DNA from: Candidatus Woesearchaeota archaeon CG10_big_fil_rev_8_21_14_0_10_44_13
GTDB taxonomy: Archaea; Nanobdellota; Nanobdellia; Woesearchaeales; UBA12501
Assembly: GCA_002762985.1 (NCBI GenBank)
Contig: PCXZ01000018.1
Location: forward strand, 741 to 64,740
Direction: 5' to 3'
DNA: 64,000 bases
Shown here: positions 38,306 to 48,803 of the stretch, piece after piece
Position numbering within the stretch: the stretch's first letter is position 1
How the letters are laid out: every line of letters starts with the position of its first letter
Made by a program: the position numbers and the translations under genes
The notes under the pieces: generated by a model
The model's database searches: none
What the model saw: only the letters and a program-made list of their open reading frames with translations
What the model was told of the DNA's origin: nothing

Positions 38306-40318
38306 TCAGCCAATTGTGCTGAGTTCAATATCCGTCTTAAGCTCCATTATCTCATAATAGATCTTCTTCTTGTCATCTATCGAAGGGAGCCTTGAATACA
38401 TCGGTTTGAGCCTGTTGTAGAGGTCCTTTGCCCTGTGTATGTCCTTTATCTCAAGAGCATTCCTTGCGGCCTCGATCATAGAATAGATGTCGAATGTCTC
38501 CTTTCTCCTTGTCTCCATCATGTCCTTCTCTACTTCCTCTTCTGCGGGCCTTTCAATCAGCTCCCTTGCTACATAAGCGCCGAATTTCTCCTTTTTCAGC
38601 TCTCCTTCCTCTTTTTCTATCCTGTGGTAAGCCTGCTTGACCCTCTTCTCTTTCTTGTTCAGTATGCTTGATCTTTCTGACAATGCTTTTTCCCTCCTCT
38701 CGATCTCCTCAAGATCCATGAGCCTAGTGGATTTCTTGTTTATCTCTGTATCAAGCTCCCTTATATCCTTCTCCATCTGCTGCTCTATCTTGTCGCGGGA
38801 TTTCTTCAGGGATTCCACATTGGCCCTTAACTCCTTGACCTTGCTTATCTTGTCAAGTTTCCTCTCGACGTCGTCAGTCTTCTGCTGGAGGTTCTTCTCT
38901 ATGTTGACTATGTTGTTCTCCCTCTGCCTGAGGTCTGCCTGCATCTCCTCAAGATCCCTCCTCTTCATGTCGAGCTTTGCAAGCTCTGCCCTCAGGCTGG
39001 TCTCCTTGCCGGAAAGCATGATCCTTGTCTTTTCCATCTCCTCTACGAGCCTCAATACCTCATCCTCTCTTGACTTGAGGAGGTCATTGCTCTTCTCGAG
39101 CTCTTCTACGCTCTTCAGCAGCTCGTCTTCTTTATCAGCAAGTATCCTCTCCTTCTCGTCAAGGTCCTTGACATATGTGGATTTCTCGTCCACTTCCTGC
39201 TGAAGCGTCCTCCTCTTGTCTGTAAGCGAAAGTATCTCCTTCTCTATGGTCTCTGATCTCTTGTTCATAGAACTCTCCTTCGATGATATCTCTTTTTCCT
39301 TGTCTATGGTGAACTTCTCCCTCTCATTGAGGTTCTTTTCCTTTATCAGAAGCTCGTTCTGCTTGGCTCTCAGGCCCTCGTCCAGCTTGTTCTGCTGCTG
39401 CTCTTTCTTTGCTATGCCCTCTTCCCTGTCAAGCAGCTCATCATGCTTCTGCCTGAGGTATTTCCTCTCTGTTTTTGTCAGCTTGATCGTCTCCTTGAGC
39501 TTCTCGTCAGCCTTCTTGTTCTCGATTTCGAGGGCTTCTTTCTGCTTTTTTATTAGGTCTGTCTCCCTCATGAGGGAATTCCTGCTCTTCTGGAGGGCCT
39601 CGATCTCTTTCTTCGCTACCTTGACCATCCTGTTGACCTGGCTTTCGCGCTCATCATGCTTCTTGTGGGATTCTGATATGGCCTTCTCTTTCTCTATCAG
39701 GGAAGACTCTTTCTGGTCGAGATCGAGTTTCCTCTGCGTGATCTTGTCTGAAAGCTTCAGGAGCAGGTCCTGTTTTTCCTTGAGGGTCTTGTCATGGACA
39801 GGCGCCTCCTTGCTCTTGAATTTCGCCTGCTGCTCAAGCTCTTTGAGCTCAGCCTCTTTCTGCTGGATGCCTTCAAGCAGGCTGTCATGGACGTCCTGCA
39901 GGTTCTTTATCTTCTTCTCAAGCTTGTCTTTTTTCAGCGGGATCTTGTCTTTCTCCTTCAGCTCTGCTTCCCACCTGTCAAGCTCTTCCTTCCTTTTTGT
40001 GAATATGACCTGTTCAGGGATCCTGGTTTCTGCCAGGGATTCTGCTTTCTGTTTCTTGCCTTTCTTTTCCTTCTTTTCGGGAATTGCCGCTTTTATATCG
40101 CCTATGTCGCCTTTGATCTCCTCTTTTGGGAATTCAGGTATCTCTTGAAGCGGAGGAAGCCCAGCAAACTCGTCTACCTTGCCCTCTTTGCCCTCTTCAG
40201 GAGATTTCTTCTTCTTGCCGAATAATTTAGAAAACAGCCCTTTCTTCTCTTTGGATCCTTCAGGCAAGGGAGGTGGCCCTAAAATCTCTTCCATCTTTTT
40301 TATGTCGTCATCAGCCAT
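38306..40318 (-). CDS. Large Lys/Glu-rich coiled-coil protein
   Basis: ~670 aa of heptad-like K/E-rich sequence; start chosen at MADDD. Confidence 0.55.
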   Translation of the reverse strand: MADDDIKKMEEILGPPPLPEGSKEKKGLFSKLFGKKKKSPEEGKEGKVDEFAGLPPLQEIPEFPKEEIKGDIGDIKAAIPEKKEKKGKKQKAESLAETRIPEQVIFTKRKEELDRWEAELKEKDKIPLKKDKLEKKIKNLQDVHDSLLEGIQQKEAELKELEQQAKFKSKEAPVHDKTLKEKQDLLLKLSDKITQRKLDLDQKESSLIEKEKAISESHKKHDERESQVNRMVKVAKKEIEALQKSRNSLMRETDLIKKQKEALEIENKKADEKLKETIKLTKTERKYLRQKHDELLDREEGIAKKEQQQNKLDEGLRAKQNELLIKEKNLNEREKFTIDKEKEISSKESSMNKRSETIEKEILSLTDKRRTLQQEVDEKSTYVKDLDEKERILADKEDELLKSVEELEKSNDLLKSREDEVLRLVEEMEKTRIMLSGKETSLRAELAKLDMKRRDLEEMQADLRQRENNIVNIEKNLQQKTDDVERKLDKISKVKELRANVESLKKSRDKIEQQMEKDIRELDTEINKKSTRLMDLEEIERREKALSERSSILNKKEKRVKQAYHRIEKEEGELKKEKFGAYVARELIERPAEEEVEKDMMETRRKETFDIYSMIEAARNALEIKDIHRAKDLYNRLKPMYSRLPSIDDKKKIYYEIMELKTDIELSTIG

Positions 40319-40450
40319 TCTAATCCCCCAAATCATCCCTCTGATATAGTTAACAATATATCTATTTATATATCTTTGTTGTAATTTTAGAATGAAAACA
40401 GGGCGTATTAAACAAAAAGATTTATAAATAAGGCCTAAAACAGCCAAAGT

Positions 40451-40630
40451 ATGGCAGAAACAGATAAACCGGTATGCAGCTCATGCAAGAGAAGGGTATC
40501 TAATCTGAACAATACTACGAGGTTCAAATGCCCTAAATGCGGCAAGTATGAGATTGTAAGATGCGGCCATTGCAGGGAGATCGTTGCAAAATACAGGTGC
40601 CCTGGCTGCAACTTTGAAGGTCCTAATTAA
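40451..40630 (+). CDS. Zn-ribbon protein (four CxxC pairs) of the type found upstream of aEF-1beta
   Basis: 59 aa: CSSC, CPKC, CGHC, CPGC. Confidence 0.6.
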   Translation: MAETDKPVCSSCKRRVSNLNNTTRFKCPKCGKYEIVRCGHCREIVAKYRCPGCNFEGPN

Positions 40631-40631
40631 A

Positions 40632-40907
40632 ATGGCACAGGTAGTCATAACATTCAGGATAATGCCTGAGGGCCCTGACACTAACCTTGAAGCGATAGAA
40701 AAAAAGGCTTCTAAGATCATTGCAGAGTTCGGTGGAGAGGTAGGCAAATCTGAAAAAGTGCCTGTCGCTTTCGGCATCAGCTCGCTGAACCTCATCTTCA
40801 TAATGGACGAAAGCATAGGCTCGACTGAGACGCTTGAAAAGGACATAAGCGGGATAGAAGGCGTTAATTCTGTTGAAGTAGTTGATGTGAGAAGGGCTGT
40901 GGGATAG
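40632..40907 (+). CDS. Elongation factor 1-beta
   Basis: MAQVVITFRIMPEGPDTNLEAIEKK ... VAFGISSLNL ... IEGVNSVEVVDVRRA. Confidence 0.8.
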   Translation: MAQVVITFRIMPEGPDTNLEAIEKKASKIIAEFGGEVGKSEKVPVAFGISSLNLIFIMDESIGSTETLEKDISGIEGVNSVEVVDVRRAVG

Positions 40908-40927
40908 AATAACCTTATATTGTTTGA

Positions 40928-41155
40928 TTATTTATTTTTGAAATGCCTTTCTTCAAGCCTCCCGATTATTCTATATTTACATGAGATGATGGATATAAAA
41001 CCTGCCAAGAAAATAACGAGCCATATGATAAAACTAATTAATTTGAATGAAATAAGGATCTCAGCAAGTATAATCAGCACAATTCCCATCCAGAAATAAG
41101 GCATTCTGACAAGCTCTTTAAAATACTCTTTCCTATAAGCCATAAACTTAAACAT
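40928..41155 (-). CDS. Small membrane protein
   Basis: 75 aa, two hydrophobic helices. Confidence 0.3.
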   Translation of the reverse strand: MFKFMAYRKEYFKELVRMPYFWMGIVLIILAEILISFKLISFIIWLVIFLAGFISIISCKYRIIGRLEERHFKNK

Positions 41156-41173
41156 TTTCTAAATAAAAGAATT

Positions 41174-41443
41174 TCACAGCAGATTCTTCACTTTCTCTAT
41201 GTTCTCTGCGACTTCTGAGCCCTTTTTCGTCAAAGTGAGCAGCTTCAGCCTTCCCTGCTTGTCAAAATTTATCAGTCCTGCCTTCTCCATCTGCTGGAGT
41301 ATCTTGACGACATGAGAATAAGTGCAGTCTATCTGTTTTGCGAGATTAGAGGCATAGACTTCCCCCTTGGCATTCTTCAGATTGACCAGCATCATAGCCG
41401 GTTTTTCCCTGAAAAAAACGCCGAAAATTGGTTTAGTCTTCAT
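41174..41443 (-). CDS. Small winged-helix DNA-binding protein
   Basis: VYASNLAKQIDCTYSHVVKILQQMEKAGLI HTH segment. Confidence 0.5.
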   Translation of the reverse strand: MKTKPIFGVFFREKPAMMLVNLKNAKGEVYASNLAKQIDCTYSHVVKILQQMEKAGLINFDKQGRLKLLTLTKKGSEVAENIEKVKNLL

Positions 41444-41704
41444 TTCCAACCCCCCGAACACATACCTCGAATGTAAAGGTTATTTAGTAAAGTATAGTTT
41501 TTAGTGCTTATTTATAAAGCTTTCTAATCCCGCAGGATTTCTGCATCGGTTTTCGTTTTCGTTCAGTGCCGAAGGATTCTCTGACAGGAAATTTTGATCT
41601 GAATACAGCAAAAATTATAAACGCAGGAAAAAATTTCAATGAAAAGGCGAAAAAACCAAGGGATCGATCGGTAAAAGAGAGATAAGGGGGCATGGACAGG
41701 ATAG

Positions 41705-43591
41705 ATGAGCAGCGAATTTCTATTTCCGCATGAAAAGATCAGGAAAATCCAGGATGATCTGGTTAAAGATATAGCTGATGCTGTAAAAAACAGGAAACAT
41801 ATGATAGCCCATGCGCCTACAGGGCTGGGGAAGACTGCCGCTGTGCTGGGGCCTTCATTGAAGCGCGCGATAGATGAGAATCTCTCTGTGCTCTTCCTCA
41901 CATCAAGGCACACGCAGCACATGATCGCTGTAGAGACGCTGAAGGAGATAAGGAACAGGCATAATATTGATTTCAATGCGGTCGACATCATAGGCAAGAA
42001 ATGGATGTGCGCAATGCCCGGCGTCGAGCTCCTTTATTCCTCAGATTTCTCTGAGTATTGCAAGGCTGTGAGAGAGGACGGCAAGTGCGAGTTCTACATA
42101 AATACAAAAAACAACAGCAAAGCCACTGTCCAGGCCAGGAAGATCCTGGATGACATAAAAAAAATGGGCTGCATGCACACTGAGAAGCTGATAGAGCTGG
42201 CTAAGCAGGAGAAAGTCTGCCCATATGAGGTCGCCTCGATGCTCGCTTCCGAATCTAAGGTGGTGATCGCGGATTATTCCTATGTCTTCAACCCGGGCAT
42301 AAGCGAGACCTTCTTCGCAAAGGCGAAAAAAGAGCTCGACAGGTGCATCGTGATAATAGATGAAGGCCACAATCTGCCGAACAGGATAAGGGATTCGGCA
42401 ACAGAGAAGCTTTCCAGCTTCACTATCAAGAAAGCCATGAAAGAGGCGAAAAAACACGGCTATGATGAGATTGTTTCAGCGCTCTCACAGATACAGGACA
42501 TACTCAATGATTATTCGAAGGGGATGAAGAGTTATTCTGAAAGGCTTGTGAATAAGGATGATTTCATGAAAAAGATCGCAGGGATAAAGGATTATGACGA
42601 GCTCATTGCAGACCTTGAATTCACAGGGGATGCGATAAGGGAAGAGCAGAAGAAATCATCTGTGGGGGCAGTATCGAGATTCCTTGACAAATGGAGAGGG
42701 TATGACGACGGATTCGCAAGGATATTCTCTGTCAGGGAATTCAAGATGCAGCCATTTCTCACGCTTTCCTACAGGTGCCTTGATCCTTCCGTGGTCTCGA
42801 AGGAGATAATCAGCGGGTCCTATTCCACAATACTCATGAGCGGAACATTGAACCCTACGGAGATGTACAGGGACCTGCTGGGATTCCCGAAGGATACTGT
42901 CGAAAGATCGTATGAGAGCCCTTTCAAGGAAGAGAACAAGCTTACCCTTGTGGTCCCTGAGACGACGACGAAATTCTCAATGAGGCATGATGAGCAGTTC
43001 ATGAGGATTGCGGAGATCTGCGCAGATATCGTGAACATGGTCCCGGGGAATTCTGCGATATTCTTCCCAAGCTATGCGATAAGGGACAGGGTGTATGCAT
43101 ATCTTGACAGCCGATGCAAGAAGACGACCATGCTAGAGCACCAGCGCCTTACGAAAGAAGAGAAGGCCGAGGTCCTTGAGAAATTCAAGAGCTATAGCAA
43201 GTCAGGGGCGGTATTGCTGGGCGTTGCGACCGGCTCTTTCGGCGAGGGGATAGACCTGCCGGGAGACCTGCTGAAATGCGTCGTTGTAGTGGGATTGCCT
43301 CTGCAGCAGCCTGACCTTGAGACAAAGGAGCTGATAACCTATTATGATAAGAAGTTCGGGAAAGGGTGGGATTATGGGTATATCTTCCCTGCTTTCAACA
43401 AATGCCTGCAGAATGCAGGAAGATGCATAAGGTCGGAGACAGACAGGGGCGTTGTCATCTTCCTTGACCAGAGGTATATCTGGCCGATGTACAAGAGATG
43501 TTTTCCTGAGGATTCTGACATCAAGGTCACGACGCATTACAAAGAGATGATCGACGAGTTCTTCGAGCCTATGCAGAGGAAGCTGGGTTGA
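41705..43591 (+). CDS. XPD/Rad3-family FeS DNA helicase
   Basis: HAPTGLGKT Walker A, DEGH box, four-Cys FeS domain between the helicase motifs. Confidence 0.75.
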   Translation: MSSEFLFPHEKIRKIQDDLVKDIADAVKNRKHMIAHAPTGLGKTAAVLGPSLKRAIDENLSVLFLTSRHTQHMIAVETLKEIRNRHNIDFNAVDIIGKKWMCAMPGVELLYSSDFSEYCKAVREDGKCEFYINTKNNSKATVQARKILDDIKKMGCMHTEKLIELAKQEKVCPYEVASMLASESKVVIADYSYVFNPGISETFFAKAKKELDRCIVIIDEGHNLPNRIRDSATEKLSSFTIKKAMKEAKKHGYDEIVSALSQIQDILNDYSKGMKSYSERLVNKDDFMKKIAGIKDYDELIADLEFTGDAIREEQKKSSVGAVSRFLDKWRGYDDGFARIFSVREFKMQPFLTLSYRCLDPSVVSKEIISGSYSTILMSGTLNPTEMYRDLLGFPKDTVERSYESPFKEENKLTLVVPETTTKFSMRHDEQFMRIAEICADIVNMVPGNSAIFFPSYAIRDRVYAYLDSRCKKTTMLEHQRLTKEEKAEVLEKFKSYSKSGAVLLGVATGSFGEGIDLPGDLLKCVVVVGLPLQQPDLETKELITYYDKKFGKGWDYGYIFPAFNKCLQNAGRCIRSETDRGVVIFLDQRYIWPMYKRCFPEDSDIKVTTHYKEMIDEFFEPMQRKLG

Positions 43592-43623
43592 AGATTATCA
43601 AAATAACCAGAAGAAAACCACAG

Positions 43624-44208
43624 TTAATATATGACTTGGGAGACTATGCACTTATGGGCATCAAAGCTGCCTTTAAGGGCCTTAAGCTCGTTTAAGACTG
43701 CTTCAACTTTTGATCCCAATTCGCATATCTGGGTCGGTTCTGCAACAACCCCTGTGAAATCCTGAATATTATATACACCACCCACATTTTTCTTTCTACT
43801 ATTAAACCTCATCCTACTGAGTAATCCAAGGCCTCCCTCTTTCATTCCTTCTTTTAAGCATAGATCCCTGTACTGAACGACAGCTTCTACAAACTCTTCA
43901 GGAGTAGGTTGATATATCAAAGGAAGTTCCCAACTTACCATTTCAGGGTCTATATGATTCAAACTTGGTTTAAAAGGATTCTTAAAATCAATTGAATTAA
44001 AAGGCCATTTCTCTCTTTCGAATCTTGACCAGATTACTGGTTTTATATCAGAACTCTCACAGTATCTTTTTATAGCAGAATCAACCTCATCAGCAACATG
44101 CTTCCTGAATTTGCTGACTTCCTTAAAGGATTTCCTATCATTTATTATTTCAGGGTTTGTTTCCATCAAGCCCATTGAGATAAGATATCTTCCCACCATG
44201 CAGGGCAT
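43624..44208 (-). CDS. Hypothetical protein
   Basis: 194-aa ORF. Confidence 0.4.
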   Translation of the reverse strand: MPCMVGRYLISMGLMETNPEIINDRKSFKEVSKFRKHVADEVDSAIKRYCESSDIKPVIWSRFEREKWPFNSIDFKNPFKPSLNHIDPEMVSWELPLIYQPTPEEFVEAVVQYRDLCLKEGMKEGGLGLLSRMRFNSRKKNVGGVYNIQDFTGVVAEPTQICELGSKVEAVLNELKALKGSFDAHKCIVSQVIY

Positions 44209-44779
44209 GATGATATTGCTACTATATAAATGTTTCGGAACAGCTATTACTCTTGAGTAACAACTGCCCTTAATCCGCAGAATTCTTGCTTTAAAGGCCT
44301 CAATTCGCTTTTTACCTTGCTTCCTGTTTGCGAACTCATCTTCCTGTGTCCTGGCTCAATCTGAGATTGCTCTTGATTGCGTTTTGATTTCAGGCAATCT
44401 TCAATCTGTGAAGCTCCACTGATATTTAAGCTCTTGCCTTATTTTGTGAGAATTTGAGCCAATATGGCCATGGTACCATTTTTAGGACTAAAAATAGGAC
44501 TAAAAGTTGTGTTATAGTCTTTATATACTTTGAAATCTTATAGAAGATTGTGCCAGATTTTGTGCAAGATTTTGTAACAATTCGTTGCAAAGGGGTTTTA
44601 TATACTTTGAAATCAATAAGCTTCCGTTGCTTCAACGTTGTTTTTGTTAAAGATGTTAAAATAGTCACTTCACTAGTAGTGTGCTTATAAAATGTATACC
44701 TAAAAAAATTGTACAATTTTCTGTACAAAAAGTTTAGTTAGGGTATTTATATAGTCCAAAAACAATCAGGAGGTTCAAG

Positions 44780-45289
44780 ATGATGCAGTACAAACGAGAG
44801 CCTTTAGAGGATTTTGAGATAGAAGCCCTGAAGAAGGCCTGCGAATCATTTGAAGATTCATTAGTCGTCAATGTCCTGTTAGAGACGGGCATGAGAGTAT
44901 CTGAACTTGCCAATCTGACAAAGGATCAAATCTCTTGGCAGAGAGACTGCATCGCAACAATAGGCAAGGGCGGAAAAAGAAGGGTAATCCCTATGAGCAA
45001 AGCCACGAGGTTTTACCTTACTGAACATTTTAAAGACCATTCAAAGATAGAGTTTGGCCAGAGATGGATTCAGAAGATTGTAAAAAGAATAGCTGAAAAA
45101 GCCAGTATAATGAAGAAGATAAGCCCTCATGTTCTCAGGCATACTTTTGCAGTCTGCTACATCCACAAAGGCGGAAACATAAGGGCTTTGCAGGGCATCT
45201 TAGGCCATTCCCACATACAGACCACCGATATGTACCTCAACTATTCGGGCATAAGGGTTCTGGAGGATTTCAAGCGTGTATGGGAATGA
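44780..45289 (+). CDS. Tyrosine recombinase, catalytic domain only (169 aa)
   Basis: R (ETGMRVSE), K, HVLRHTF, LGHSHIQTTDMYLNYS catalytic residues. Confidence 0.7.
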   Translation: MMQYKREPLEDFEIEALKKACESFEDSLVVNVLLETGMRVSELANLTKDQISWQRDCIATIGKGGKRRVIPMSKATRFYLTEHFKDHSKIEFGQRWIQKIVKRIAEKASIMKKISPHVLRHTFAVCYIHKGGNIRALQGILGHSHIQTTDMYLNYSGIRVLEDFKRVWE

Positions 45290-46350
45290 TGGAAACAAGA
45301 AATAATTCATTTGAGAATCTAATCCTACTCTGCGGAGTTATTATTGTCTTATACAAATGGTTTGAATCTTATCAGGAGGAGCTTTTAAGTCCTTTTCAGG
45401 AGATAAATTGGCTTCATGTTGGAATATACTTTGTCATCATCCTATCTTCTGTAATACTCTTAATCTTTGCCTACAAGAGAAGGAAACAACACTTAGAGAG
45501 GAAGAGAGCAGAAGAGGAAAAGCTGCAAAGACAAGAGAAACAGTTGAAAGGGCTTTTGGGTACAACCTTTGGCTATTATTCCTCAGATGAAACAAGAGAG
45601 AAATTGAGGGAGATAAAGAAAGCGATATCCTCAATTCCGGAAAAGATAACCTCAAAATATGACCTGAACGGATTCTACGAAAAAGTTGAGAATATAATCT
45701 CTGAAAAGATAGGGCAGGAGAATGAATTACGGGAAAGAGAAAAAGCAAGAATACGGACTGAACATGAAGAAGCAAAAAGAAGGGAACAGGAAAGAGAGCA
45801 GAAACTCAAAGAAAGCAAGATTGAAATAAAAAAGCCAATCATAGAACGGCATGGCAAAAAGCTGGAGAAATCATTCTATCGTGTCAAGGATTTAAGCGAG
45901 GATGAAAGATTAAGAGCAATATCGCAGGGCTTTAAGCATTACAGAGGAATTGAGCTTGACGGCCATCTGTGCATTGGCGGGTTTTACATAAAGAACAATA
46001 AGAAAGAAAGCTCTTATCATTTCACTGCAAAACATCTCTTTGCAGAGCTTCGCCCCAATTCAAAGATAGAGTACGGCTTGGGAGACAAGAGGGCTGATGT
46101 GGCTTATATCTGCAAGGATTACAAATTGGGGCTTGAGATTGAGACAGGAACCAATAAGATTGAGCAGTTAGCAGCAAAAATCCCATGGCTGGAAAGGAAC
46201 TTCAGCCAGTGGATTTTTGTCTGCTCAAGGAAGGTCATGGGTAAATATGTGCATTTGGTTGATGGCAAGAAAAGCTTCTGTCTATCTCCAAAAAGGGCAA
46301 AGGAGAAGGTCTTGGAGCTGACTGCACCCAAATGCACCGAAAGGATTTAG
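45280..46350 (+). CDS. Hypothetical membrane / coiled-coil protein
   Basis: N-terminal TM helices, RKRAEEEKLQRQEKQ coiled coil, conserved-looking C-terminal domain. Confidence 0.4.
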   Translation: MGMMETRNNSFENLILLCGVIIVLYKWFESYQEELLSPFQEINWLHVGIYFVIILSSVILLIFAYKRRKQHLERKRAEEEKLQRQEKQLKGLLGTTFGYYSSDETREKLREIKKAISSIPEKITSKYDLNGFYEKVENIISEKIGQENELREREKARIRTEHEEAKRREQEREQKLKESKIEIKKPIIERHGKKLEKSFYRVKDLSEDERLRAISQGFKHYRGIELDGHLCIGGFYIKNNKKESSYHFTAKHLFAELRPNSKIEYGLGDKRADVAYICKDYKLGLEIETGTNKIEQLAAKIPWLERNFSQWIFVCSRKVMGKYVHLVDGKKSFCLSPKRAKEKVLELTAPKCTERI

Positions 46351-46364
46351 GCGAGAAGCCGTTA

Positions 46365-46392
46365 AAACCTCGAAAACAGGCTTTTCGAGGTT
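46365..46392 (+). terminator. Perfect 11-bp stem hairpin after the 45280..46350 gene
   Basis: AACCTCGAAAA cagg c TTTTCGAGGTT. Confidence 0.35.
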
Positions 46393-46664
46393 CAAAATGG
46401 ACGGGTAATATAGGCCTGATTGGTGCGCTTAAGCCCCCATTTAATAGCAGGATAGGCAAGGCCACGTATCAGATGGAGCTTTATCTAAACAAGGAGAGGT
46501 TCAAGGAAAGGATAGGGGAGATAACTAGGAAGGGGGTCTTGCCTGTGCTGGTGTGGTTTTATAAGGAAGAGAGGTAATATGTTAAGAACAAAAATATTAA
46601 GACTTGGGAAAGAGAAAGTTCTTCTGAGTTAATTTTATATAGTGAGTTCTGCTTTCTTATATGT

Positions 46665-47150
46665 ATGGGCATCTTTAAGGCAGTCAAAGAGATGATCACA
46701 CTCATATCTGAAATGCCCAAAATATTGTTAGTAAGTATGGGTTTCTTATGGGTAGGAAGCATAGTTTGGTATTTAAAAGAACCAAGCGAAAATGGTCTTT
46801 TGGGGATGGGATTTATATTTGTTATTACTATCATAAATATTTATTATTATACAAGAGAGGGATTTAAGGATTGGATAAAAGGTGAGAAATTAAAAGTTCT
46901 TATAAGAAGATTATACTTAGATGGCGATAAACAATTATTGAAGGAGATAAAAGAGACTGATTTAGATAATCTGCCTTATGCAATTTGGGATGGTGCTGAA
47001 TATGCTGAGATATACAAAAAAGTATTAGGTTATTCAATAAAGGCAAGAAGGGGGGATAATTGTATGTATAGTCTTACGGATAGGATACTCGGTGGGGATA
47101 TTCATCTACGTAGTATTCACGAGACTATTAAGAATAAGAGATTAAAATAA
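46665..47150 (+). CDS. Hypothetical membrane protein
   Basis: 161-aa ORF with N-terminal TM helices. Confidence 0.35.
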   Translation: MGIFKAVKEMITLISEMPKILLVSMGFLWVGSIVWYLKEPSENGLLGMGFIFVITIINIYYYTREGFKDWIKGEKLKVLIRRLYLDGDKQLLKEIKETDLDNLPYAIWDGAEYAEIYKKVLGYSIKARRGDNCMYSLTDRILGGDIHLRSIHETIKNKRLK

Positions 47151-47258
47151 TAATCGGGCATACCCCTCGGCTTTCTTTTATAATTTTGTGTTAATTTGGT
47201 ATATAATGCCCTCAGTTTAATCCATTTATGGCCGGAAAGAATAAAATTATATAAATTC

Positions 47259-47909
47259 TTAATCTTTATAGATTTTCACTTCTTTTAATCTTTGCTTTAA
47301 TTTATCAAGATTTTCCTTTCTTCTGTGAAAATCTTTAACCTTATTTAGATGTTCAATATTACATTCAAGATAATATATAATTCTTTTTTTATCAAAATCA
47401 ATATTTAAAGTTTTAAGCATATTTTTCCATTCTGGCGTTCCAAAAACTATTATCTTATCTACAACTTCAGTTATGTTGGATATATTCGTCGTATCTTTAT
47501 GATCTTTATGAACTGCCCCTTGGAGATTAATTGTCCCCTTTTTTAAATTAATTTGAGTGACAGTAGATATGCTTTCGTGATATCCAGTATTACCTCCATA
47601 TAGTATTTCAACAAAATCATTTAGTTTTGGGTATCTATTAGTTCTTATAAATATATCCCCAGGAAAACAAAAGTCAGATATTATGAATCCGATAATTTCA
47701 ACTTCAACATATTGTGTGGTCCTCCTCGACTTTAAATAAGATTGAAAGCATTTTGTTAGTTTAACAGGTAATTCATTAAAAATATCAATCAAAAAAGCAA
47801 AGCGTTCTGGTTGTTTAAGAATTTCCTTTGCAAACCTTTTTGGATCTGCTCTTTCAATCGTCTCTTTAATCTCTTGTTTTTTATCAAAACGCACCATATA
47901 ACCACCCAA
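47259..47909 (-). CDS. Hypothetical protein
   Basis: 216-aa ORF. Confidence 0.4.
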   Translation of the reverse strand: MGGYMVRFDKKQEIKETIERADPKRFAKEILKQPERFAFLIDIFNELPVKLTKCFQSYLKSRRTTQYVEVEIIGFIISDFCFPGDIFIRTNRYPKLNDFVEILYGGNTGYHESISTVTQINLKKGTINLQGAVHKDHKDTTNISNITEVVDKIIVFGTPEWKNMLKTLNIDFDKKRIIYYLECNIEHLNKVKDFHRRKENLDKLKQRLKEVKIYKD

Positions 47910-48007
47910 TCCCCTATTTGGGATATCTTTATTTATAAATATTTGTCCATAAAAACCAAAAACTTTATATATAACCTAGTATTATACCATGTAATAGGGT
48001 GTTATAA

Positions 48008-48178
48008 ATGGTAAAAATACTAATTGACTTATCTGACGATGAAGATAAAATAGTTGAAGTGTACAAACTAATGAATAATCTCAAAACTAAACAAGAAGCA
48101 ATTAAACAGATTGTGCAGTACTTTAAGGTCGATATAAAACCGAAAAATGTCAAAGAAAAAGATTATTATTCAGTCTGA
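48008..48178 (+). CDS. Possible 56-aa ribbon-helix-helix-like small protein
   Basis: MVKILIDLSDDEDKIVEVYKLMNNLKTKQEAIKQIV pattern (strand then helix). Confidence 0.3.
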   Translation: MVKILIDLSDDEDKIVEVYKLMNNLKTKQEAIKQIVQYFKVDIKPKNVKEKDYYSV

Positions 48179-48189
48179 GGAGGTAAAAA

Positions 48190-48795
48190 ATGGAAATTTC
48201 AACAATAGTCTGGATCGGAGCATCAGTCTTTGTAGCAGTTATATTGTATATTTTAATTAAGAATTGGGTTGTTATATACAACAAATTTGTATACTGGAGA
48301 ACCAGGGCAGAGAGAAAATTCGCAGATATTGATGTTGTGATGCAACAAAGGATTGATATGCTCCCTGCACTTGCTCAGATTGTTAAGAAATATGATATTC
48401 ATGAATATAAAGCGCTTAAAGAGGTAATTGAAGCAAGAAGTCGCTGGACAAAAGATGCTTCTCTGAATGAGAAAGTTCAGACAGTTCAAGAGATTGATAA
48501 CAGCTTTTTAAGGATTCAGGCAGTTTTTGAAAAATATCCTCAATTAAAAGCAGATGCTTTACATCAGAGCATCCTAGGGCATGGCAATGTTTCAAGGATG
48601 GAATCAAGATTAAGAGAGTTTAGATTAGGATATAATAGGGTGGCTCAGGACTATAATGAGAGAGTACAAAAATTTCCTAGAAATGTAGTAGCAAAGGTTC
48701 ATGGGTTTAAGTTGTTAGACTATCTAACTATGGGCAACCAGGTAAATCAAGGGCCACAGCAATCCTATAAACCAAAAGAATTATTTGAAGAATAA
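48190..48795 (+). CDS. LemA-family membrane protein
   Basis: N-terminal TM helix then the LemA-like region YWRTRAERKFADIDVVMQQRIDMLPAL. Confidence 0.65.
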   Translation: MEISTIVWIGASVFVAVILYILIKNWVVIYNKFVYWRTRAERKFADIDVVMQQRIDMLPALAQIVKKYDIHEYKALKEVIEARSRWTKDASLNEKVQTVQEIDNSFLRIQAVFEKYPQLKADALHQSILGHGNVSRMESRLREFRLGYNRVAQDYNERVQKFPRNVVAKVHGFKLLDYLTMGNQVNQGPQQSYKPKELFEE

Positions 48796-48803
48796 TTATC
48801 AAA

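Noticed and set aside
38637-40148. Long Ser/Phe/Leu-rich plus-strand ORFs (188 and 310 aa)
   Set aside because: They are antisense shadows of the Lys/Glu-rich coiled-coil gene on the minus strand (AAG/GAA codons read as CTT/TTC). They have no start context and an implausible composition.
45280-46350. C-terminal region of the element-borne 356-aa protein as a PD-(D/E)xK nuclease
   Set aside because: The D...E.E...K spacing does not match the canonical motif closely enough to assert a nuclease fold without profile searches.
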